Assembly (NCBI GenBank): GCA_949358305.1 | Contig: OX442314.1 | Location: forward strand, 5,766,001 to 5,830,000 | DNA from: Strigamia acuminata | Taxonomy: Eukaryota | Direction: 5' to 3' | DNA length: 64,000 nucleotides | Shown here: piece by piece, positions 1 to 13,974 of the stretch | Layout: each line of letters begins with the position of its first letter | Position numbering within the stretch: the first letter of the stretch is position 1 | Made by a program: the position numbers and the translations under genes | Notes under the pieces: model-generated | Told to the model about the DNA's origin: nothing | Database searches by the model: none | What the model saw: the letters and a program-made list of their open reading frames with translations, nothing else

Positions 1-1307
1 GCGTCTTCAAACTGTGCGTCATCCGACGTTTCAGACTTGGAAGCTGGAGGGGCGCTGGACACGTCGGTTACGGCCGCTGGAGGATCCTCCACGGGTTTAG
101 CCGATCCTTCTACAGCCTGTCGAAGCTTACGGGCTCGCCCTCGTGCCAAGATGTTGGTTCGTTGAACCTTGGCAATTTCCTTTGCTCGGTCGAGCGTAAG
201 ACAGCCTCGTCCTCGTGACATCGCTCTTGGTCGAACGAATTCCTCTACAAGCTCGCTTCCGACGCTTTCAGCGGCCTGGACAGTTTCAGTTGAAACTTCG
301 GAGCTCTCGGACGGCGGCGGCGACTGTCGAAGGGGTTCGACTCGGACACCGGCGTTGGCCTCAGCGCGGGTCCAGGTGAGGAAGCGCGGGTCGATGTAAA
401 CCGCTTCGCCACGACTATTCAGGAAAAGACGGCACTTTGGGCAGTGAGCCCAACATCGCTTCTCATTTGGCTTAATGCCTTTCACCACGTGGGGCTGAAC
501 CTCCTTGCGCCACGGCTCCGAACGCGGTCGCGTTTTCCTTCCACGGCAATTTGGACAACGCATTAAAGAAGAACCTGCGGATGCACCGCAGCACCACCCA
601 CAGCCGACGCAAAATGGGCAGATCGTCTCTGTGGCCTGGTCAGTCACGATGTTATCGTGAGGTATTCCGGCTGCCATGTCACGCTCGCACTGTTCTTTGC
701 GCAGGCGGGCCTTCTCGTCCTTCTTTCTCGCCTTGTTGGCGGCTCGGTACTCGCGGTTGCGAGATACGGGCTCCGAAAAACGCAAAGCGCCCGGCGGCGG
801 CTCATTCCATCCGTACTCTGATGCCGAAGATTCAGCGCCGGCAGGGAGACTCGCAACAGACGCTGATTGTCCTGCCAAAGTCGGTGCAGTCGCATTTGAC
901 GTGTTGGCAACTGTTGGCGCCACGCTTGCAGTTGGCGGCCGGAATTCTGGTGAATGCGGGGCCAACGGGACGTTGATAACGTTCGCGGGTGGATACGCCA
1001 CTTGGGCCAACGGGGCCAATTGCGCCGACTCATAAACGGTTGGCTGTGCAGATGTGGATGGGGCCTGCATCATCGCATTTAAGTCGAGCGGGAGTCCGTC
1101 CGGATGGACGCTCAGCCAATTTAGCGTTGCTAATTGCAGTGGCGTCAGGGCATACATGGAGGCTGGTGCCGTTGGTATCGGTTGGGCCCTCAAATATGCA
1201 CGTTCGGCCGAACGGCGTTGCTCGTCACTAGACGAGGTGGACGAGCTGGAACTTTCATGACGGTGACGTCGATGACTCCGTTTCGAACGGTGTTTACTAC
1301 CTCCCAT
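1..1307 (-). CDS. Family A ORF3 (Cys-rich zinc-finger accessory protein), partial, runs off window
   Basis: Constant offset of 14122 to copy-2 ORF3 at both ends; ATG at 1307 directly after a CAG acceptor; differences inspected are mostly synonymous. Confidence 0.85.
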   Translation of the reverse strand, partial: MGGSKHRSKRSHRRHRHESSSSSTSSSDEQRRSAERAYLRAQPIPTAPASMYALTPLQLATLNWLSVHPDGLPLDLNAMMQAPSTSAQPTVYESAQLAPLAQVAYPPANVINVPLAPHSPEFRPPTASVAPTVANTSNATAPTLAGQSASVASLPAGAESSASEYGWNEPPPGALRFSEPVSRNREYRAANKARKKDEKARLRKEQCERDMAAGIPHDNIVTDQATETICPFCVGCGWCCGASAGSSLMRCPNCRGRKTRPRSEPWRKEVQPHVVKGIKPNEKRCWAHCPKCRLFLNSRGEAVYIDPRFLTWTRAEANAGVRVEPLRQSPPPSESSEVSTETVQAAESVGSELVEEFVRPRAMSRGRGCLTLDRAKEIAKVQRTNILARGRARKLRQAVEGSAKPVEDPPAAVTDVSSAPPASKSETSDDAQFED

Positions 1308-2369
1308 CTGCAGACGCAAATAAATTATTTTATTAAAAATAATTCCACTCTAAATAATCATTCCTTGAGTCCAAAGAATTAAAACGTATTGTTCGCAACG
1401 AAAATACACAACTCGAGTTATTTATAACCCCTAACACGTGACACTAATGAGTCACATTCCCCTTGTGTTTATGACACGAAAATGGACTCGCCTGACAGCG
1501 ACTTTCATTGAAAATCGCAACTTGTTGATTTTTCAAAAAGAAAAAATCCCCGTAGTTTCTATAAACTATTTAATTCCATCTTTGAATATCAAAAATAAAC
1601 TTCGTATTAATTAATTAACACTTAGTCTAATAAATATCTCACATTGAAAATTCATCGTTAAATAATTTATCCAAGCCTCGACCGCGACTTGATTTAAATA
1701 ATTAGTGCCTACGTACTTAAATTTCAATAATTCATTATCGGAATTTAACACAAACTATTCGACTGAATAGTTAAACTTCCAGAGTGATTTAGTGCCAATT
1801 CACGTTTATAATACACGTGAACTTTTTATCGGGACGCCGATATTTCAATTGTTGCGAACAATTTTCCAATTCATTGGTCAAAGAATATATGTGAAAACTA
1901 CTTACTGTCGGAAGTGAAGCTTTCCTTGTTTGAAGTGAGGACCGGCTAAATAAATTAGCGCTGAAGTTTTTCCGAAGTCGAAAAAGTGAAGAGGAGACGA
2001 AGGGACGAAGTCTCTTGTATCCACGTGTGTTACGAAGTGTTTGTGTGCAATGAACCCTGGGAATTTTATTCCCTATTAATTGTCGGGTTCGAGGTTTAAT
2101 CACACCTCGTAAGTCTCATTCCCTCGTGAAGAGGCGAGATTATCACTTTTCAAAGTAATTCTCTGTATTTTAATTAAAATACATACAAATCTGACCAAAC
2201 AATAAAATATTCCATCGAATATTTTAACTTATCGCAACAAATTCATATTTTTTAATATAAATTTCAATAAATATCGTAATATCTTGTCCCCCGGTGTTGA
2301 GATTATAAATCACTACACCTGTCAGACATGTAAAATGATTACAGTCTTCAAGTTTTGAATAAAACTTTA

Positions 2370-5300
2370 TTAATTCCAACAGAACTTTGAGGCTTTTCCT
2401 CGTTGTTGGTAAGGTTTTTTAAATACTGCAGTGATGTTTCGCACGAAATTTTCATCTGCATATTTAGGATTCGGCCTTCGCTCTCGTCGGGGACGAAGGC
2501 TAGTTCGCGGAACTACCGGTTGGGGTTTGCGGGGTTTTCGAGGTGGTTTCTTTGGAGTTTCACCTCTTTTCAACGCCGCTTTCTTTTCTATAGCAGTTAA
2601 TCGTTGTCTATGTCTATGTTTAGACTTAATGGGCGCAGATTTGTCAATTTGCACCGAAGTTGAGTCGGATAATTCCATTGGAATTTCTGAAGAAGTTTCA
2701 GGAATTAATTCCATTTCTTCAGCATCCGGAAGTTGGTTACTTTCATCCATCCATTTAGGATTTTCTTGAGGCGAGTAAGAGGCGGACTTTTGTCCTACTT
2801 TCCAAGTCTCAATCGGGTATGAGGGCGTATAGGGGTACAACGCTTTAATGTTCACTGATTTTTCGATCGAACCATCAGATAATTTGCGTAATTTATACGC
2901 TCCGCCTGGAAGTACTTTAGTAATCTCCCACGGACCATCTCTCTTCTCTGCGAAACCAGCAGAAATATTTTTATCTGCGCACGAGAGAATGTGAGTTTGT
3001 TTCCAAACTAAATCTCCAACTTCAAACTCCGTAATTACGAACTTTTGTTCATGTATTTTTCTATGCCGCTCAAAATTCAATTGAATTCTGCGATGCATCT
3101 CTTGATGCGATCTGCGCAATACATCCAATAGTACTCTGACATATTTCTCTGGGTTGTTCTTGTCAAATGGATTAGCATGTTTGATAATCCTTGGGTCGAA
3201 GGGTAATGTTACGATTCTCCCCGTGTTGAGTAACATCGGGCTTGAGCCCGTTGCCGCTGAGACATTATTTCTCATCGCAAACGCGAATTCGTCTAAATAA
3301 CGTGGCCATTGCGTGTGCACATCTGTGTACAAAGCCAGCATGGTTTTGATGTCCCTATTGGCTCGCTCTGTCGGGTTCGCCTGGGCATGGTACGTGCTTG
3401 TATGGGACGGGCGAATGTTGTACATTTCGCAATACTCATTGTAAATATCGGAAACAAATTGTTTTCCGTTATCGCTCACAATCTTTTTGGGGTGTCCCCA
3501 TCTGTTTGTAACAGATCTTAATTCTTAAACGCAGTTAGCGCTCGTGGCTTTGGTCAAAGCCTTAATTTCAACGAACTTGGTACAATTATCAATAATGACA
3601 AAAATATACTGGTTTTGGGACCTTCCCGCGGGTTTTGGGCCCATCAAGTCCATGTTAATACATTCCCAAGGATTGGTCATGTTATGCGGTGTGTAAGGAG
3701 CTGCGTGCCTTTTCTGTTGAATAGGCTTGTACTGGGCACAGTGCGTGCAGCTTTTGACGTAGTTCCTGACACTTTTACTCATACCAGGCCAGAAATATAT
3801 TAAACGAGTTTTTTCAAGCGTCTTACTCATCCCAGCGTGACCGCTTAGGGGGTGGCCATGACAAGCGAAGAGTACTCGTTTTACGAGTGAACTGGGTACA
3901 ACGGCTTTAAAGCCGTTTCCCGAATCGTTTAATTCCTCTTCGAACGAAGGGTTAAAATAGATGATCATTTGATCACCATCAGCTTCTTTTTTGTCTAAAC
4001 AATAGTTTTTGACTTTGTTTTTCCATTCTTTTATTTCAGATTGTGGTATCCCAACAACCTTGTCATTCAATAAATATTCTCGAATGCGTTTGCATTCAGT
4101 ATCTAGTAACTGAGCATCTATTATTTCTCTCCTTGTAGGAGGGACTTCTTTAAGTACTTCAGTCAACGCACTGTACAAGGTTTCTTGTACTTCCTCCCCC
4201 TCCTTTTCTTCAGAACATTCTTTAGAATTTTCTGAAAAATAGGAACGCATACTGGCCAAAAATTCTCTTTTTTCTGGGGCACGATTTAATGAAACAGAAG
4301 GATTTCCGTCCCATTCAGGCCAGTATTGTTTAATTTCGACAGGTTCCACATGATCTCGAAGAGGAATGTCTTCCTCTGTTAGTGGGGCTCTAGAAAGTGC
4401 ATCTGCAACTTGATTAGCAGCACCTTTTCGAAAAACAATTTTAAAATTTCCACATTGGATTCTTAAGGCCCATCGGCCAAATTTCCCAGATGGTTCAGGC
4501 GTTCGCATCAACCATTTCAGTGCTTCAGCATCTGATTCTAAAGTGAACGTACCATATTCGAGATATGGTTTAAATCAATCGATAGCCCACACGACTGCGA
4601 GACATTCGAATTCCGGCGTTGTATAACGCTTCTCCGCTCCACGCAAAACTCTGCTTGCATATGCTACAGGTCTGGGTACAGAAATGTTTTTCTGCTTCTT
4701 TTCGTCGAATATATCGACGTCTTGGCAAAGGACAGCTCCTAAGCCTTCATGAGAGGCGTCAGTCATGACGACAAATGGCAGAGTCATGTCCGGTTTGTGT
4801 AGACCAGCGTTTCCCAAATGGTGAGGCGCGCCTCACTGGTGAGGCGCAAGCTGATTTTTGGTGGGGCGCGATGCATCACTCACAAAAATTTTTTTTTTTT
4901 AATTTTAACAATCAAACTAACTTATAGACATGATGCCCTCCCCCTAGAATAGTGCACTGTCTTGTTGTCTAGAAGAGTCTATTCTATCTAGACAATATAC
5001 AACTGCTAAATTCAAATCCATTTCAGTTTGTGTGCTCAATTCTATTATGGATAAATGGCTGATAAATAAGCCTTCATGCTCATAAAATTATATGTAAAAT
5101 TGTATTATATAAAAATTTCTTTTTTCTTTTTAGTAGTTCATTTTTGAAAAATTTAATGCACTGGTAGATGAAGTGGGGCGCGGAAGATCGCCATGCTTAA
5201 AAATGGGGCGCGATGCTAAAAAGTTTGGGAACCCCTGGTGTAGACAATTGTCGCCACAAAGTAGCTCTTTAATTTTATTAAACGCTTCTGTCTGCTCATC

Positions 5301-7015
5301 TCCCCATTCAAATGGAGTTTTCTCATTCATCATACGTGTGTATGGTGCGGCAATAGTTCCGTGATTTGGAACAAACTTCCTGAAGAAGTTAGTCATGCCG
5401 TGAAAGCGCTGAATGTCTTTAGCACACGTGGGGGTGGGAAATTTCATAATCACCGATATTTTATCGGGATCACCGAAGAGACCTTCGGGTTTAATCCAGT
5501 GGCCCAAGAATTTTAATTCTGTACGCCCAAAACGAGATTTCGCTTTATTTATTGTCATGTTGGCTTGGTTAAGCCTTTCTAGAACATCTCGAACGTGTTT
5601 GAGATGATCATCCCAATTATCTGAATATACAATTACATCATCCAAATAGACTAACGCGTAGTCTTGTAAAGCTGAGCCTAAAATGCCTTCCATCAGACGC
5701 TGGAAAGTACAAGGCGCATTGCAAAGGCCAAACGGCATTCGCACAAACTGATATGGACCATTTGGCGTGTAAAATGCCGTCTTTGGACGATCTTCTTTAC
5801 ACATCTCGACTTGGTAGTAACCTTTGACAAGGTCAATTGACGTAAAATACCTAGCAGGACCAGTATTATGCAATAAAAGGTCAATACTTGGCATTTGTAT
5901 TACTTTGACTTCGGTGATGGCATTTAGCCACCTGTAGTCGATGCACATCCTATACGAGCCGTCAGGCTTCGCAACAATGACTGGATGACTTATAAATGGC
6001 CCTTTGGCCTTTTCAATAAGTCCATCCTGTTCAAGCTCTGCAGCAAGTTTGGTCATAATGGCTCTCTTGGCCGGGTTATACATTCTATACTGCATTTTGG
6101 GCAATGAATGCCCTTCTTTGAACTTAATACGATGTTGGGTCACGTTAGTGCACCCAACTTGATCACGAAATACATTCGGTACCGAGTTAACCACTTCGCG
6201 AAGTGCTAGTCTTTGTTCCGGAGTGCAGTCGCTCTCCTCAACTAATTTTTCATCCCAAGTCAACACAGGAGTGTCTGTTAACTCAATTGAGTTGAGAGTG
6301 GACGACAGTCCTAAATAATCGTAAGTAATTCGATTTAACGGGGCGAGGGCCAAATTGGCTTCTTCCGATTCATAAGGAGCGGACCAATTAAGTTTATCTG
6401 CACAAGAGAACTCTTGTAAATGTGGATGCGGACTGATTTTCTGTCTGCGCATGAAATTGTGACCAAGTATCAAGCCACAAACTCGTTTTGCCAAAACGAT
6501 GAAATTCATTGGTGTAAATTCATCAGCCCATTGCACGCACAAAGTTATTTGTCCGACAGGCTTGTGTGCTACGCCTACAGCGTTAACCAACATATTTCTG
6601 GGGGCCTCTTGCAAAAATTCGGGCAGAGCCTGAGTTTCAGACAAAAGTTGTTCTCCAATGTAACATTGAGATGCTCCTGTATCCATGAGCGCGTTGTAGG
6701 TGAGCCCACCAATTGTGATCTTCATTCGAGGATCATCTTTATTATTACCCAAAGTAATATTGTGCAAATTATTACCACCTATGACTCTGTTGAGTCGGCG
6801 AAATCTACAGAATTTCTTCGTGTAACACTTGTGTGGAAACAATGTCAGATTTTTTAATTGTTCTGTCATTTCTTGCAGATTTTCCTCTACTCCGCCACTA
6901 TGACTAGTGGCTACTTCAAGACAAGTTGTGTCTATATCCATAAATAAAGATTCTGACGTAGCATTAGCCACTTCTGGGGATGGAATAAACCTTCGTCCCC
7001 CGGATCTAGTTTTTT
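2370..7015 (-). pseudogene. pol: Family A copy 1 pol (protease, RT, RNase H, integrase), disrupted
   Basis: LMDTGA protease, YLDD RT, TDAS RNase H, HHCC and DDE integrase motifs; stops at ~3525 and ~4575; MITE at 4805-5237; 1-bp deletion in the G-run at ~6976-6979 next to the frameshift site. Confidence 0.93.
4805..5237. mobile_element. Non-autonomous hAT (Charlie/Buster-type) MITE, 433 bp
   Basis: TIRs CAGCGTTTCCCAAA / CAGGGGTTCCCAAA; 8-bp TSD GTGTAGAC (4797-4804 and 5238-5245) with central TA; empty site seen in copy 2 near 18016. Confidence 0.93.
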
Positions 7016-9255
7016 GAACTAGTAGCACTTGAATCTGTCGATTCGGGCTTGATCAAAGTTTTGACCATTTCTGCCAACGAGTTGGTCAGCGAAGTTTGTA
7101 ACTTAGTTTCAAAAGTATTTAATTTCGCATCAAGTTTAGCATCTAGTGTTGCATCCAACACTTCTTGAGTTATCCACCTATTATTAGGCCGTTTAGAGGT
7201 TGGATCCACAGTTGGGGAATCCGGAGTACCACGTTTTTGTAACTCTTCAGAGTTGAAATTTGTACGTGGTTTTGAATTTGTACATTCCCGACGCATATGT
7301 CCGGGCTGTTTACAGTTGTAACAGACTAATTGACCACGTCTAGTCTGATCTACTACTCCATTTATTAAATAAACGGCTTCGCACTCCTCAGGTAACTCTT
7401 CATCACAAATATTAAGTTGTTCTTGTGAATCCAAAGTTAAAGATTTAGCATTTGTCTTCGGCTGAGGACGAGTGTCAGTTTTCCGAGGTGGAAAAACAAC
7501 CGGATTGGAATTATTTTCCTTTGCTCCATTAGCTGTACGACTGTACAAGCTTTTGCTTTTTGTAACCGCGCTATAAATCTCTGTTAGAGGTAAGTCAGCT
7601 AGGCCTTGCATATGCAAAAGCAAATCGTTAGCAGGAGTTACACTCCCGATAAACAGACTTCCAGCCCCTTTCGCATCGAGGTTGTCTTGTAATATCCATA
7701 ACTGGTAATATTTGTGCATAAAGTCGTAAAGACTTTCTGTTTCAAGTTGTCTCAACTTGGTCAGTTGGTTCGTCTGCTCTTGTCGAGTGGCTACGAACCT
7801 CTCTTTGAACGCTTGTTCAAATATATCCCAAGATGTGAAATCTCCTCTCCTTTCATGGAACCAACCATGCGCTTGCTCGGTTAGATAACCAGCAACGCCT
7901 TTAACAAGCATGTCATCGAGTGACATGTTTCGCAGGAAAGCGACATTTTTTACGATAGTGAGAAAGCGTTCGCTTTCATCTGCCTATCCAGAGAATACAG
8001 GAATATCTGGGGGCTTCAAACTGTTAGTTTGAGGGACAATGGCGGAACTTTTTCCAGCCTGCATTAATTTGTGCATGGTCGTGGCAATTGACGCGAGGTC
8101 ATCAGCCGTCATTCCAAAGCTGCTTGGAGGACGCGAATGGTCATTCGACGATCCACCAGTGTTTGATTGACTCGAGTTATTTTGACTTGAGCCACCATTG
8201 TTGGGGTTGAAATTATTCGACCCTCCTTGATTTGGTCTACTGTGGTTACCAAAATTCGAATGGTTATTCGAATTACCTTGGTTCCCATAATTCGAATGAT
8301 TATTAGAATTACCCCGATTGTCAAAATTCGGACGGTTGTTCGAACTTCCTGGGCCACCAAAATTCGGACGATTGTTCGAATTGCCTGGTGTACCGTGATT
8401 CAAATAATTATTGGAATCTCCTGGCGTTTCCGGATTAGAAGGATTATTTAAATCATTCATATCAATTGGGTTATTCGAGTTCGGAGGAACTGGGTGACCC
8501 CTTTGCATGTTAGGTGCTGGACTAGAATTGTTTGCAAATCTAGAATTTGGGTCAAAACGGCGGTTTGGACCTCTTGTCGTACCTAAATTTGGGTTCAAAT
8601 TTCCAGCGAGATTCGGACAACTATTTGATCCGTTTGGAAAACTTGGATTAGGGTTGGCCATATTAGGCGGACCCAAATTCGCTCTGTTGAACGTATTCTC
8701 AAAGTTCTCTGGATGTGTAAATCCTCTTTGTTGGTTGCGAGCGAAGTTATTCGCTCGTAATCGTTGTTGGAAAGCACGATTAAAATCTCCTGGTGTCAAA
8801 TTCGACTGATCTTGACGAGGAGGTTGTGCATTTTTATTTCTATATCTAGAAATAGGCGTCGAAGGAGTGGGACTAAAATTATTTAATCTTTGGCTGGCTG
8901 GGGAATTAGGATGCTCCGACGTAGCACGACGTGTGTGCACGAAATCTAATACTTCAGTCAAAGATCTAAATTGGTTTGGGTTCAAACCGTGATCCTGACA
9001 AAATAATAGACCGCCTCGGCCTAAATGAGAACCTTCAGGAATGCATTCCTCTTCTCCAGGCGGAGTGGGTTCACGTGGAATCCTATTTTCACCAGATGGT
9101 CCGGCTGTTTCATTTGAAACGCCATTGTGGACCGCGTGGTTTCCCACTTCTTCCATTCCAGTAGGAACAGGTACAAACCCGGATAGATTCATTCCACCGG
9201 TCAAACAAGTTCTTTCCTTACCACGGGTGTTCATGTGATGCTGGTTATTAGTCAT
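7006..9255 (-). pseudogene. gag: Family A copy 1 gag with one premature stop
   Basis: Two in-frame ORFs separated by TAG at 7984-7986 (Lys codon in copy 2); capsid region and CYNCKQPGHMRREC zinc knuckle. Confidence 0.92.
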
Positions 9256-10350
9256 AACTAAACTTAAAACTGAGAAAATTTCCTAAGTCTGAGAGATAAC
9301 GATGAAGTTGCAAACGTTCAGGAGGGTCGCAAACGAAGCAGTGGTCACACTATTCGAAAGGAAGTATGGGTACTTCAAGACACCTCTCTGATTGGTCAAG
9401 TATCAACGCTAATCTCGCGAGAGTCCAATCTCATCCGAGATTGGTGGAAATCACTAAGTTCGTGGAACCTTAATCTTGTCAGATTTCAGTGTTATGACGT
9501 AGTCCCAAACAATATGGATACTTTTCAAAGTACTCTAAAATATTATCAAATTTATTTAATAAAAATGACCATTCCATGAGAATTTTAAAGTATTAAAACC
9601 CACAATTTTAATAAAGCGCGTCAAATCGTTTGAGTCGACGGCTTCTCTGCACAACTTGGTTGCTAGGCAACACAACAACGAGAATTTTTTTCGCTAAATT
9701 TGAATGGTATTCCATTCTTAAAATTCGATTCCAAGGTCTTGAAATCATGACCTAACCGACATTTTAATGTAGGACAAGTCTGTAAAATAAGGTAAACTAT
9801 TTTTGAAATAAAATATAAATTTTAATTCCTTCGAAAATGTCAATTTTCTGTCTAATTTATTTGGGCAAATAAATTTAGGTTTAACTTGAAGTCTCAAGCA
9901 AAATACATGTGAATAAATATTCTAAGAATAAAACAACTGTTAAAAAGATAGAATTCTTTAAGAATTCCGTCAAAAGGTCAATTTTTCAAAATTAGGCCCG
10001 ACCGCGTGGTTTTGTCAGATTGTCGACGACAAAGTGACGCTACCCGGGCGGGGCCCACTTTAACAAGTTCGGGCAAAATTCTCATTCTCGGGGTTGGGCC
10101 TTTAGGCCTGACCACGCGGTAGAAATTATTAGTTTTGTTAAAACACATATTTTCCACGACGGAAAATCGGAATAAAGTGAATTACACTTACTTTCTTGCG
10201 AGAAGTCCTAAACAGAATAAAATATATTAGACACAAATATAAATTTCGCTCGAAATTTATTTTACACACAAAAATCACCATAAACGTTACACTACTCGAA
10301 TTCATCATAGACATGCAAAACTTCAAATTTATTTAAAATTTGGCAGCCTA

Positions 10351-10367
10351 TCTCGGTAGAACCTCCA
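10351..10367 (-). promoter_or_regulatory. Primer-binding site, tRNA-Gln
   Basis: TGGAGGTTCTACCGAGA, 2 nt after the LTR; complementary to the tRNA-Gln 3' end ...TCTCGGTAGAACCTCCA. Confidence 0.88.
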
Positions 10368-10369
10368 CT

Positions 10370-12107
10370 TGTGACGATTCTACTTTTGGGCTAATTTATT
10401 AGAACTTTTGAGATAGATAATTCGGTTTATACAAGACGTTGCTAAGTTTAGCAACAACCTAACCGAGATAAGCTACGGAAGTCTTTACCAAGATGAATAT
10501 GTGATCCAATAGAAATAACTTACAGTTTTAGTGTGATATAACATATTTATTAATAAATATTACTGATAACAAAGATGGGTTCTTGACGCGTGTAAACGAG
10601 CGGCATCAACTGGTTGAGGATCCGGGCGAAGCCAAAGGGATACGGCTGACTTGCGGCATCGTCACAAATATCGCTACGGAGACGTGTTTGGTCCGCAGCT
10701 CGAGTATCTAATAATGCGAAGAGTCCTTCGCATAAGTGGGAATATTCAGCAGAATATTCCATGTTCCAAATGAATAAAGTAAAATAATTAGTGGAATACA
10801 ACAAATGAATTGTTGTATAAATATTAATTGGGCGGGGACCGTCACGACAATTGAGAGAACGTCGCGGGAGTTGTTGAGACTCCATCCGCCAGCATGCCTT
10901 ACGACGACAAGATCTCGTGATCAGGCGCCGAGTATTTAATTGTGTGCTTTAACTCGCTATCGGTGGTACCAACCACCAGGCAAACATTTCTATGGACTTA
11001 CCGGGTTTAAAAGATATTGCCAATACAGGATTACCAATGCCCGAGTAATTTGTTTAACACGACATATTTTATATATCGTTCACGGGTTACTAACCCGGAG
11101 GGTACAATGGGGCGGGGACCGTCACGACAGTCGAGAGAACCATCGCGGGAGGATTTAACTCCTCCATCCGCCAGCATGCCTTACGATGACGGGATCCATT
11201 GATCGAGCACCGGGTAAAATATTAATCGGCCACTGCCGTTGGATTACCATTATCCAGGTAGTTATTTATCGCAACATCTTGAAGATATTACTCACGGGCT
11301 ACCAACCCGGCGTGTCACCTGTGCATTAGGCCTTTACCGACTTTTAACGAACGGAAGGACCAATCGTAGAAAGACGGGAACCTGCGTGGGCAGTTTACAA
11401 CAGCCATCCTGCAGCGGACTGAGGCCAGTTAGCTGAGGGACCTACTTTCATTTAGCAAGGTCGTACTGTATACGACCGTTATATTAAGCCACCGTACGAA
11501 ATCCTACTGTCCCGTAGAACAGCTGGCTAACGTTACGGGGCCATTTCATGCGAATGCATGTCTATTACCGGAGTTGGCCTTTCCGAAAAGGCCCTACAAC
11601 AACAATAACAATAGTAATGAATACCGATTGTGGAGAGCTGAGGTGGCCTGATGTGTCGATAAGAAAGTGAGATCAAACGATAACAACAATTCAATTACAG
11701 ACATTTACAGTTATCAAGCCAGGGAGATAGTGGGTGAGAAACTGATGCTTATATAGTTCTGTAGAACTACTAGATTGGCGACAGCCAATCAGCGTACGAA
11801 TTGGCGGATTCGTGGGTCACTAGGCCGGACCTAATATATGACTATGTCCAGATGGGCCCAGTTGGGGTCCGGAAGGGTCCGATTGGTTCCCTTCGACAGG
11901 TAAGTAATGTGGATATTGATTCGATAGAATCAACATTGTCAAGTAAATAATACTTAGTTTATATCGAATAAAATAGTTATATTTTATTCACCGTGTCTAA
12001 ATAATTATTTATCACACTTTTAGTTTTATCGAGTTTGAATTACGCGCGTTTGGTAAACAGCGCCATCTATTGTGAACATTGATAAATACGGATTTGTAAT
12101 CATCACA
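10370..12107 (-). repeat. Family A 5' LTR (copy 1)
   Basis: TGTGACGATT...AATCATCACA ends; homologous to 23147-24882 and 62228-63978; internal ~80-bp duplication near 10830 and 11109. Confidence 0.95.
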
Positions 12108-12150
12108 CAGTCATTTCAGTCAAATAATTCATTTGACTTTGAATGCACCT

Positions 12151-13175
12151 AATGACTGAGTAGAAATAACTTACAGTATTAGTGTGACATAACATATTTA
12201 TTACTAAATATTAACGATAACATAATTGGGTTCTTGACGCGTGTAAACGGGCGGCATCAACTGGTTGAGGATCCGGGCGAAGCCAAAGGGATACGGCTGA
12301 CTTGCGGCATCGTCACAAATAACGCTACGGAGACGTATTTGGTCCGCAGCTCGAGTATCTAATGATGCGAAGAGTCCTTCGCACAAATAGAAATATTCGG
12401 CAGAATATTCCATATTCCAAATGAATAAATGTAAAGTGATTAATGGAATATAACAAATGAATTGTTATATAAATATTAATTGGGCGGGGACCGTCACGAC
12501 AATTGAGAGAACGTCGCGGGAGTTGTTGAGACTCCATCCGCCAGCATGCCTTACGACGACAAGATCTCGTGATCAGGCGCCGAGTATTTAATTGTACGCT
12601 TTAATTCGCTATCGGTGGTACCAACCACCAGGTAAACATTTCTATGGACTTACCGGGTTTAAAAGATATTGCCAATACAGGATTACCAATGCCCGAGTAA
12701 TTTGTTTAACACGATATATTTTATATATCGTTCACGGGTTACTAACCCGGAGGGTACGATGGGGCGGGGATCGTCACGACGGTCGAAAGAACCATCGCGG
12801 GAGGATTTGACTCCTCCATCCGCCAGCATGCCTTACGATGGCGGGATCCAATGATCGAGCACCGGGTAAAATATTATTTGGCCACTGCCGTTGGATTATC
12901 ATTATCCAGGTAGTTATTTATCGCAACAGTTGGGGGTGGGAAGGGTCCAATTGGCCCCCTTCGACAGGTAAGTAATGTGGATATTGATTCGATAGGATCA
13001 ACTTTGTCAATTAAATAATACTTAGTTTATATAGAATAAAATAGTTATATTTTATTCACCGTGTCTAAATAATTATTTATCACACTTTTAGTTTTATCGA
13101 GTTTGAATTACGCGCGTTTGGTAAACAGCGCCATCTATTGTGAACATTGATAAATACGGATTTGTAATCATCACA
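12151..13175 (-). repeat. Family A 3' LTR of copy 2, truncated and internally deleted
   Basis: Matches the 23147 LTR but lacks the outer ~130 bp and has a ~575-bp deletion at ~12928. Confidence 0.9.
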
Positions 13176-13187
13176 CATCCCCCGGTG
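13176..13187 (-). promoter_or_regulatory. Polypurine tract (short)
   Basis: CACCGGGGGATG directly precedes the LTR start on the minus strand; element C has the same GGGGGATG|TGTGA junction. Confidence 0.7.
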
Positions 13188-13974
13188 ACAATCATAGAGT
13201 TTACCAACTTTTTAATTGTCATTCTTAATGTATAAGAAATGTTCACCTAATTCTATCGAAGTAATCCACTTGGTAAGTATTTTATTAAACTTAATCACGT
13301 TATTTCTTTCAGAAACTTCGTCACCCGATTAGACTAATCGGCTTCACTGTACAACGCAACTCTCGGTTGCTAAGCGACGGAAATGAACTCGTCCGAACAT
13401 GGATACATGTTCGAGAAAATTAATTTCGATAGAAATTTAATTTCTCCTTCAAATAAACTCTTCAAGGCTCATTAATCAACACGATAATCAATAAAATAAA
13501 CTTATGCAAAATTTTATTTATCGAAAATCTAACTACTAACTTTTTATTACGATTGTCATAAAAAATTATCGAATTTCAACTTGAAATTCTTCAACGCTTT
13601 GATCAAAGCAAAAACAAACACAATTTTCACAAATAATTATGAAATTTGAAAATAAATCAAACAAACATATATTAATATGATTAGTTTACACAAAATCAAA
13701 TCGAATTCGGAAATAACAATTAAATTGAATCCAATTTGCAAAATTAACTATATTCGTCTGAATATTTAAAATGATTAGTTCTAATTTTAAACAAAACCGA
13801 ACACACTACTCGTGAGAATACTGAAAATTGTAACACAACGAAACACTTGGAGTATTTTTAGTCATAAAAATCTCTACTCGGAAAAAATAAACGAATGTTA
13901 ATTTTGTCCCTTTTACTCCTTCTTTTCGACATCCGTCGAATCTTTCTCTTCCTTCTTCTCGACTTCAGCAGAAG

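Larger units (their letters stand above)
1..12107 (-). mobile_element. Ty3/Gypsy LTR retrotransposon, family A copy 1 (defective; 3' end beyond window start)
   Basis: 5' LTR, PBS, gag, pol in PR-RT-RH-IN order, then ORF3; colinear with copy 2. Confidence 0.95.

Noticed and set aside
169..1382. Several plus-strand ORFs opposite ORF3 (also 14239-15353 and 48121-50873)
   Set aside because: Shadow ORFs of GC-rich coding DNA; the synonymous pattern supports the long sense frame
2370..2900. Chromodomain at the family A integrase C-terminus
   Set aside because: The tail is acidic then basic low-complexity sequence with no chromodomain motif
10550..11436. Short ORFs recurring in family A LTRs (and 52029-52803 in element C LTRs)
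   Set aside because: They recur only because the LTR is repeated; frames differ between family A copies and no domain is recognisable
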